64,000 nucleotides of DNA, taken from NCBI GenBank assembly GCA_001604215.1, contig LVAX01000054.1, positions 11,180 to 75,179 on the forward strand, read 5' to 3'. Positions 58,085 to 64,000 of the stretch are shown here, piece by piece. The translations under genes and the position numbers were made by a program. This DNA is from Clostridiales bacterium Firm_18 (GTDB taxonomy: Bacteria; Bacillota; Clostridia; Monoglobales; Firm-18). How positions within the stretch are numbered: position 1 is the first letter of the stretch; every line of letters starts with the position of its first letter. The notes under the pieces are model-generated. The model was given only the letters and a program-made list of their open reading frames with translations, made no database searches and had not been told where the DNA came from.

Positions 58085-59335
58085 TTAAGGTGTTGATATT
58101 TTCCCCGCTACCGCCGATGCTGCGGCAACCGCAGGGCTTGCCAGATATATTTCGCTTTCGGTATGCCCCATTCTCCCGACAAAGTTTCTGTTTGTCGTTG
58201 CGACACACTTTTCGCCTTTTGCAAGTATTCCCATGTGCCCGCCAAGGCACGGCCCGCATGTGGGCGTGCTGACTGCCGCCCCGCTTTCAATCATTGTTTG
58301 GATTAGGCCTTCTTCAATTGCCTGAAGGTATATTTTCTGTGTTGCGGGGAACACAATACACCTGACTCCGTCCGCAATTTTTTTCCCTTTTAAGATTTGG
58401 GCGGCAACCCTTAAATCTTCTATTCTGCCGTTGGTGCAGGAGCCGATTACAACCTGGTCGATTTTAATGTCTTTTAAGCTTGACGCCGGCTTTGTATTTG
58501 AGGGAAGATGCGGACAGGCAACGGTAAAATCAAGCTCGGACAGGTTTATTTCCACCGTCCTTGCATAATTGGCACTGCTGTCTGCCTCGAATATCTCATA
58601 CGGCTTTTTCGAGTGCTCCCTGATATATTCCAAGGTTTTTTCGTCCACCGGGAAAATACCGTTTTTCGCCCCCGCTTCAATAGCCATATTGGCAATTGTA
58701 AAACGATCGTCCATTGAAAGATAACCAATCGATTCGCCCGTAAACTCCAAAGACATATACCTTGCACCGTCAACACCTATCATCCCTATAAGATGGAGAA
58801 TAACATCCTTCCCGCTGATGTATTTTGCCGGCCTGCCGCTTAAAACAACCTTTATGGCATCCGGAACCTTAAACCACAGCTCCCCGGTTGCCATGCCCGC
58901 AGCCATATCGGTGCTGCCCACTCCCGTGGAAAAGGCACCCAGCGCACCGTAAGTACATGTGTGCGAATCCGCACCGATAACGACATCGCCGGCGGTAACC
59001 AATCCCTGCTCGGGCAGCAGCGCATGTTCTATTCCCATTTGCCCGACTTCAAAATAATTCTTTATTGAATACTCTTTTGCAAACTCCCTGACAACCTTTG
59101 CCTGCTCGGCCGATTTTATATCCTTGTTTGGGCAAAAATGGTCCGGTACAAGTGCTATTTTTTCATTGTCAAAAACCTTTTCCGCTCCGATTTTCTTAAA
59201 TTCGTTAATTGCAAGGGGAGCAGTAATATCGTTCCCCAAAACCATATCCAATTTTGCCGATATCAGCTCACCTGCCGCTACCGAACTTTTTCCGGCATGC
59301 TTTGCAAGAATTTTTTGTGTCATAGTCATTGCCAT
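58085..59335 (-). CDS. leuC: 3-isopropylmalate dehydratase large subunit
   Basis: Aconitase-family Fe-S ligand motifs ([33 protein letters not shown]). 416 aa. Confidence 0.92.
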   Translation of the reverse strand: MAMTMTQKILAKHAGKSSVAAGELISAKLDMVLGNDITAPLAINEFKKIGAEKVFDNEKIALVPDHFCPNKDIKSAEQAKVVREFAKEYSIKNYFEVGQMGIEHALLPEQGLVTAGDVVIGADSHTCTYGALGAFSTGVGSTDMAAGMATGELWFKVPDAIKVVLSGRPAKYISGKDVILHLIGMIGVDGARYMSLEFTGESIGYLSMDDRFTIANMAIEAGAKNGIFPVDEKTLEYIREHSKKPYEIFEADSSANYARTVEINLSELDFTVACPHLPSNTKPASSLKDIKIDQVVIGSCTNGRIEDLRVAAQILKGKKIADGVRCIVFPATQKIYLQAIEEGLIQTMIESGAAVSTPTCGPCLGGHMGILAKGEKCVATTNRNFVGRMGHTESEIYLASPAVAAASAVAGKISTP

Positions 59336-59367
59336 TTTTATTACCTCCTATTTCTTAATAATTAAAA

Positions 59368-61197
59368 CTATTTTCCGAATATAAGCCGGGTAGAATTTAA
59401 AATTGCCAGCAATGCCACCCCGACGTCCGCAAATACGGCATACCATATTGATGCGCCGCCGTAAGCCGCAAGCATCATAATAAGCGCCTTAACACCCAGT
59501 GACAATATTATGTTCTGCCAAACGGTTTTATGTGTAAGACGGGCTATTTTTACCGACTCGGGAATCTTTGAAAGCTCATCCGTCATTATGACGGCATCCG
59601 CCGCTTCCACCGCCGCATCGCTGCCCAGTGCACCCATTGCTACCCCCACATCCGCCATGGCAAGCGCAGGCGCATCGTTTATCCCGTCACCGACAAATAC
59701 CGTAATACCCCTTTTTCTAATTTCGCTAAGCTGCCTTAGCTTATCATCGGGCAGCAATTCAAAGTAAGCATTTTCAACCCCAAGCTCGTTTGCAACCCGC
59801 TGACCGGAGTCTTTAGTATCTCCCGTCATAATTGCAATATTTTTTATCCCAAGCCCGGCAAGGCTGTCTATTGCGCCTTTGGCCCCCTGCTTAACCTTAT
59901 CCGCTATTTCTATATATCCCGCGTATGAGCCGTCTATCGACACATGCACCACGGGGCCCTTTGTTTTTTCAGCACCTGCTACAAACCTGTCGTTCCCCGC
60001 AGTCACTTTTTTCCCGTTAAGGTTAACCGATACCCCCATACCGGCAACTTCAGAATAATCGGATATTGCCGCTTCGTCTATTTCCCCTTTATATGCCTTA
60101 AGCACGGATTTTGCTATCGGATGATTCGAGTAATATTCGGCGTGTGCCGCCGCTTCCAGCAAGCCCGGAAGTCTCTCTTCAATATTTGCAACGATAAATT
60201 CCCCTTCGGTAAGGGTGCCTGTTTTATCAAAAACAATATTTTCCGCCTTTCGCAAAAGCTCCAAAAAATTGCTCCCTTTAATCAGTATTCCTTTTTTCGA
60301 CGCTCTGCCTATCCCGCCGAAAAACCCCAACGGTATGGAAATAACCAGCGCGCACGGGCAGGATGCCACCAGAAACACAAGCGCCCGGTAAATCCATTTT
60401 GAAAAATCCTGCGAAAATATCAGCGGCGGCAAAACAGCGCATATTACGGCAGCCAGCGTTACCGCAGGAGTATATATACGCGCAAACTTAGTTATAAACC
60501 TCTCCGTTTGCGTTTTTTGCGATGCGGCCTGCTGCGTAAGCTCAAATATTTTAGCGGCTGTCGAATCGGCATAAGGCTTTGTAACCTTAACCGTCAGCAA
60601 GCCGTTTTGACAAATAAACCCGCTAAGTACGGTATCCCCTTCGGTTAAATCCTTCGGCATCGGCTCACCCGTGAGCGGTGAAGTATCAACAGTGGCGCTT
60701 CCTTTTACAATAACCCCGTCAAGGGCAACCTTTTCCCCTGTTTTTACCGTCACAATGTCGCCGACCGAGACTTTTTCCGGGCTTACCCTTTCTCCGTTTT
60801 GCATTGTCGCATAATCCGGCCGCATTTGTGTCAGTGTCGTTATTGCTTTTTCGGACCGGCTTACCGATATATCCTGCAGCAGCTCACCGACCTGATAAAA
60901 AAGCATTACCGCCGCACCCTCGGCAAATTCTCCGATTGTAAACGCACCGACGGTTGCCATGCTCATTAAAAAGTTTTCGTCAAACAACTTGCCTTTTAAT
61001 ATGTTTTTAAACGATTTATTCAGCACTCCCGCCCCGGATAAAAGAAAACTGATTACAAAAAGATAATTCCCGCCCTTTACCTTAAAACCCGCTGCAAATA
61101 CAACCGCGGAAAAAGCAAGCAAAGCAGCGGTTCTTTTGTCTATTAAGTCGTTTTTCTTGGTTTCGCAAGCATTATTGCAGCAGCAAGTTTCCGTCAT
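59368..61197 (-). CDS. heavy-metal translocating P1B-type ATPase (Cd/Zn/Co type)
   Basis: CPC transmembrane motif (SCPCALVISIP), DKTGTLT, GDGINDAPAL. The Cys-rich N-terminus MTETCCCNNAC replaces a GMTCxxC HMA domain. Start moved to ATG 61197 after GGAGGA. Confidence 0.9.
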   Translation of the reverse strand: MTETCCCNNACETKKNDLIDKRTAALLAFSAVVFAAGFKVKGGNYLFVISFLLSGAGVLNKSFKNILKGKLFDENFLMSMATVGAFTIGEFAEGAAVMLFYQVGELLQDISVSRSEKAITTLTQMRPDYATMQNGERVSPEKVSVGDIVTVKTGEKVALDGVIVKGSATVDTSPLTGEPMPKDLTEGDTVLSGFICQNGLLTVKVTKPYADSTAAKIFELTQQAASQKTQTERFITKFARIYTPAVTLAAVICAVLPPLIFSQDFSKWIYRALVFLVASCPCALVISIPLGFFGGIGRASKKGILIKGSNFLELLRKAENIVFDKTGTLTEGEFIVANIEERLPGLLEAAAHAEYYSNHPIAKSVLKAYKGEIDEAAISDYSEVAGMGVSVNLNGKKVTAGNDRFVAGAEKTKGPVVHVSIDGSYAGYIEIADKVKQGAKGAIDSLAGLGIKNIAIMTGDTKDSGQRVANELGVENAYFELLPDDKLRQLSEIRKRGITVFVGDGINDAPALAMADVGVAMGALGSDAAVEAADAVIMTDELSKIPESVKIARLTHKTVWQNIILSLGVKALIMMLAAYGGASIWYAVFADVGVALLAILNSTRLIFGK

Positions 61198-61233
61198 ATC
61201 TAATTCCTCCAAAAAGCAGTACCATAAAGCTTA

Positions 61234-61581
61234 TTATTTCGGTTCCAAAGTATGCTCCATCGCCATTGAAAAGATTTTTTTAACATGGTTGTCGCCAAGC
61301 GAATAATAAGATAGCTTTCCCTTTCGTTTTACCAAAACAAGCCTCGCGTGGCGAAGTATCCGAAGCTGGTGTGATACGGCCGACTGGGTCATCCCTACCG
61401 CCTCGGTAAGGTCGCATACGCACATTTCGCTTTCAAAAAGAGCGCACAATATTTTTGTCCTTGTGGTGTCGCCAAACACCTTGAAAAGTTCCGCCATATC
61501 ATATAAAATCTCATCCTTGGGCATGCGCATCGCTACTTGTTTGCCTATGGATATTTCGGAAGCCTCGTTTTTCTTTTTCAT
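61234..61581 (-). CDS. ArsR/SmtB-family metalloregulator
   Basis: Winged HTH with the metal-site motif EMCVCDLTEAVGMTQSAVSHQLRILRHARLV. Start moved to ATG 61581 (RBS GGAGGA) because the first ATG (61620) lies inside the operator palindrome. Confidence 0.88.
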   Translation of the reverse strand: MKKKNEASEISIGKQVAMRMPKDEILYDMAELFKVFGDTTRTKILCALFESEMCVCDLTEAVGMTQSAVSHQLRILRHARLVLVKRKGKLSYYSLGDNHVKKIFSMAMEHTLEPK

Positions 61582-61596
61582 CGTTTTCCTCCGTTC

Positions 61597-61628
61597 ATGA
61601 ACATATGAACTGTTGTTCATATGTTCAT
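61597..61628. promoter_or_regulatory. 14-4-14 perfect inverted repeat, candidate ArsR-family operator
   Basis: ATGAACATATGAAC (61597-61610), TGTT, GTTCATATGTTCAT (61615-61628). Contains the TGAACA half-site core typical of SmtB/ArsR operators. Abuts the -10 box. Confidence 0.75.
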
Positions 61629-61655
61629 TATATGATTTGTTTTTTAATTTGTCAA
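61627..61655 (-). promoter_or_regulatory. consensus sigma-A promoter of the arsR-ATPase operon
   Basis: The minus strand reads TTGACA (61655-61650), 17 nt, TATAAT (61632-61627). The -10 overlaps the operator arm. Confidence 0.75.
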
Positions 61656-61709
61656 TACTTTTTTAAAAAATAATGAAACTGAATTGTAAAAAACATTTGT
61701 CGAATTTTC

Positions 61710-61718
61710 TGGTATAAT
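61710..61718 (+). promoter_or_regulatory. extended -10 promoter driving leader element copy B and the SLH-GH18 gene
   Basis: TGgTATAAT (61710-61718). No convincing -35. Confidence 0.5.
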
Positions 61719-61738
61719 GTAATCAGTGTTTACAGAAA

Positions 61739-61851
61739 TAAAGCGTTCGGGCGCGTAGCGCTTTCCCGAACGCAACATTGCGCCCCGCGAGGGAAAGCGT
61801 AGGCGGATTCATTCCGCCGGAGCGCGAAATTGCGCGTATTTTGCGCAATTT
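61739..61851 (+). repeat. 113-nt GC-rich multi-hairpin element, copy B (candidate cis-regulatory leader RNA)
   Basis: Collinear with 36229-36341 at an offset of 25510 nt. There are 8 substitutions, all within 61777-61800. It ends 60 nt upstream of ATG 61912. Confidence 0.8.
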
Positions 61852-61911
61852 CCTATAACTATAATTACAAAGAAACAATATTATCCCCTTTGAAAGGATT
61901 GTACCGGTATT

Positions 61912-63516
61912 ATGCAAAAACAACTGATTTCAGCGATAATAATATTAATTTTGTTGTTTTCCGCCGGCGCTTATGCCTTAAAAGGCACCGATAGCCACTG
62001 GGCGGGCCCATACGCGCAGGCTCTTTTTGAGCGCGGTATTTTCAAGGGCGACGACAGCGGAAACGCCAATCTTGCCGATAATATAAAAAGGGCCGAATTT
62101 CTTGCCCTGCTTGTGCGCGCCGTTTACCCGGACGCCGATATTAAAAACGGTGCCAAAAGCTTTATTGATGTTCCTTACGGTTTATGGTATTATGATATAG
62201 CAAGCTTTGCGAAACAAAAAGGCATTGTTACTGGCGACGAACAGGGCAGGCTGCTGCCTGAAAATAACATAAAACGTGAAGAAATCGTGCTGATGCTTGT
62301 GCGCGCATTAGGCTTAAAAGGCGGCGCGGCAAGCTTTACCGACGTTGACAGCAGCTATGTTTATTACAACGAAATATGCGCCGCTGTTGAAAGCGGTATA
62401 ATAAAGGGTTATCCGGACGGAAGCTTTTGCCCGAAAAATCCGGCTACCAGAGGCGAGTCGGCGGCAATGATTGCCCGTATGCTTGGTATTGAATTTGAAG
62501 CACCGAAGGAAGACGAAAACACAGCAAACGAAAAAATAAACCTTACATGGCATCATATTACAAGAACCGGTACAAGCGACACGGGCGAGTACATGGAAGG
62601 AATTAACGTAATTTCTCCCACATGGTTCAGAATAAGAAGCTTTACGGAACCACCGGCTCCATATGAATATAAATTAGACGGTGACAATATTTATTACCTG
62701 CAGGATTTAGGCAGCGAGCAATATGTAAAGGACGCGCACAGCAAAGGGTATAAAGTATGGGCGCTGTTTAAATCCAACGATTTTTCGCCCAGGAACAACA
62801 GCGGTTTTCTAAACGACGAAGCGGCAAGAAAATCGGCGGTTTCGCTTATGAGGCAAATGATTGATAAATATAATCTTGACGGTATAAACATGGATTTTGA
62901 AAATATGCTTGTAGAGGACAAGGATATATACACCCGGTTTGTACAAGAAATGAGCGAAATGATGAAGGACACCGGCGCGGTGCTGTCCGTTGACGTTACA
63001 AAATATTCTCCCCTCGGCGGAACATGGTCATTGTGCTATGACAGGGCACGCCTTGCCCAACATGCGGACTATATAGCCCTTATGGCATATGACCAGCATA
63101 ATGCTTCAAGCTCCAAGGCGGGGAGTGTGGCAGACTTAAAGTGGACCGAAGAAGCGGTGCTCAAAACCCTCGAAGAAGTTCCTGCGGAAAAGCTATTGCT
63201 CGGTATTCCTCTATATACAAGGCTTTGGCAGTCCGGTGACGGTAAGGTTTTAAACTCAAGCGCCATAGGAATGCAAACAGCCAAAAACAAGCTTGCCGAA
63301 GTCAACGTATCGGCCGTTTATGACGAATATACAGGCCAAAACTATGCCAAGTGGGAAAATAGCGGTGTTGTCTTTGAAATCTGGCTGGAGGATGAAACTT
63401 CCTTGAAAAACAGGCTCGACCTTGTTAAAAAATACAGCCTTGCGGGTGTGGCCTCGTGGAGCAAGCAATTTGCCGATTCGAATGCATGGGCTGTTATAAG
63501 CAATAACCTTAAATAA
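61912..63516 (+). CDS. SLH-anchored GH18-family glycosidase (YaaH/SleL-like peptidoglycan or chitin hydrolase fold)
   Basis: Signal peptide, then SLH repeats (FIDVPYGLWYYDIASFAKQKGIVTGDEQGRLLPENNIKREEIVLMLVRALG and FTDVDSSYVYYNEICAAVESGIIKGYPDGSFCP). GH18 catalytic motif LDGINMDFENM. Confidence 0.85.
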   Translation: MQKQLISAIIILILLFSAGAYALKGTDSHWAGPYAQALFERGIFKGDDSGNANLADNIKRAEFLALLVRAVYPDADIKNGAKSFIDVPYGLWYYDIASFAKQKGIVTGDEQGRLLPENNIKREEIVLMLVRALGLKGGAASFTDVDSSYVYYNEICAAVESGIIKGYPDGSFCPKNPATRGESAAMIARMLGIEFEAPKEDENTANEKINLTWHHITRTGTSDTGEYMEGINVISPTWFRIRSFTEPPAPYEYKLDGDNIYYLQDLGSEQYVKDAHSKGYKVWALFKSNDFSPRNNSGFLNDEAARKSAVSLMRQMIDKYNLDGINMDFENMLVEDKDIYTRFVQEMSEMMKDTGAVLSVDVTKYSPLGGTWSLCYDRARLAQHADYIALMAYDQHNASSSKAGSVADLKWTEEAVLKTLEEVPAEKLLLGIPLYTRLWQSGDGKVLNSSAIGMQTAKNKLAEVNVSAVYDEYTGQNYAKWENSGVVFEIWLEDETSLKNRLDLVKKYSLAGVASWSKQFADSNAWAVISNNLK

Positions 63517-63528
63517 TAAACGAAAGGA

Positions 63529-63762
63529 TTGAATTTTTTGAAAGACGCTGTTATTAAAATTTTGACAGGTGCATGTTACGGCTTTTGTGCAATAATGCTC
63601 ATGAAAGGCACAATAGTCAAACCGCTGCTGCTTTCTCAGTTTTTAGGCGTTATCACCACCGTACTTGCCGTGCTGAAAGTATATAATGACATTCCTCATA
63701 TCTGGACCGCACTGGGCTTTGTTGCAGGCGGAATTGCCTCATGGTTTTTAAAGCTTATGTAA
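63529..63762 (+). CDS. small hydrophobic membrane protein (77 aa, TTG start)
   Basis: ORF track. Two or three predicted TM segments. AAAGGA upstream and a terminator downstream. Confidence 0.5.
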   Translation: MNFLKDAVIKILTGACYGFCAIMLMKGTIVKPLLLSQFLGVITTVLAVLKVYNDIPHIWTALGFVAGGIASWFLKLM

Positions 63763-63795
63763 TGTGAAAATCTGTTTATTTTTATTGAAAAAAAA

Positions 63796-63847
63796 CAACT
63801 CCCGCACAATGATTTTTTAAGAAATCAAAGTGTGGGAGTTTTTTTTA
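63796..63847 (+). terminator. intrinsic terminator
   Basis: AACTCCCGCAC pairs with GTGTGGGAGTT (one G-T pair, long loop), followed by TTTTTTT. Confidence 0.65.
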
Positions 63848-64000
63848 ATAAAAAACAAATTTTACATTATTTTCTTCAAACAATGTTGTGATAATGCCCG
63901 TATTTTTCAAATCGACACATAAAAACGTTTTCGTTTGGAAAAAGAGGCTAACCTTAGAACCTATGCTTTTTTACAAGGATTGCTTTTATTATTCCGAAGA

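Noticed and set aside
59336-59367. T-box or attenuator leader upstream of leuC.
   Set aside because: The intergenic space is only 32 nt and contains just an RBS, so there is no room for a leader.
63850-64000. Possible 3' end of a minus-strand gene at the window edge.
   Set aside because: All three minus-strand frames hit stop codons within ~45 nt of the edge. There is too little sequence to support any call.

Overview
This 64-kb window comes from a low-GC Gram-positive anaerobe, probably Clostridia-like. That call rests on many SLH-domain envelope proteins, copper-amine-oxidase-like stalk domains, an hcp gene and an rpmH-rnpA-yidD-yidC-jag-mnmE cluster. I support about 55 protein genes, two tRNA-Ser genes, one IS110-family insertion, and several consensus sigma-A promoters and intrinsic terminators. 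Gene blocks: (1) 1-17.4 kb holds a carbohydrate locus. It has an AraC regulator, GH32 and fructokinase, followed by an LplABC-type ABC importer, four large secreted or SLH-anchored proteins and a cytoplasmic heparinase II/III-like protein. (2) 17.5-22 kb holds a VanW/G5 protein, a GNAT acetyltransferase and argF-argD with an ARG-box-like site. (3) 22-27 kb holds two divergent SLH (S-layer-type) genes. (4) 27-34.5 kb holds an amino-acid ABC transporter, a Ca-type P-ATPase, a 3-methyladenine glycosylase and dtd. (5) 34.5-38.4 kb holds a GH26-like protein and a phosphodiester-glycosidase protein. (6) 38.4-47.2 kb holds udp-deoC-cdd, the tRNA-Ser pair, mgtC, prmC and the mnmE-to-rpmH cluster. (7) 47.4-52.4 kb holds a YtrA-type GntR regulator with an ABC transporter, and a Crp/Fnr regulator with a ferredoxin gene and hcp. 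(8) 52.5-64 kb holds a PA14 adhesin-like protein, the IS110 element, leuBDC, an ArsR regulator with a P1B-ATPase, and an SLH-GH18 protein. The most unusual signal is a 113-nt GC-rich multi-hairpin element present twice (36229-36341 and 61739-61851). Each copy sits just after a promoter and just before a secreted envelope glycan enzyme gene, and the differences between copies preserve base pairing. I treat it as a candidate undescribed cis-regulatory leader RNA. All functional calls come from motif recognition by eye; no database search was possible.
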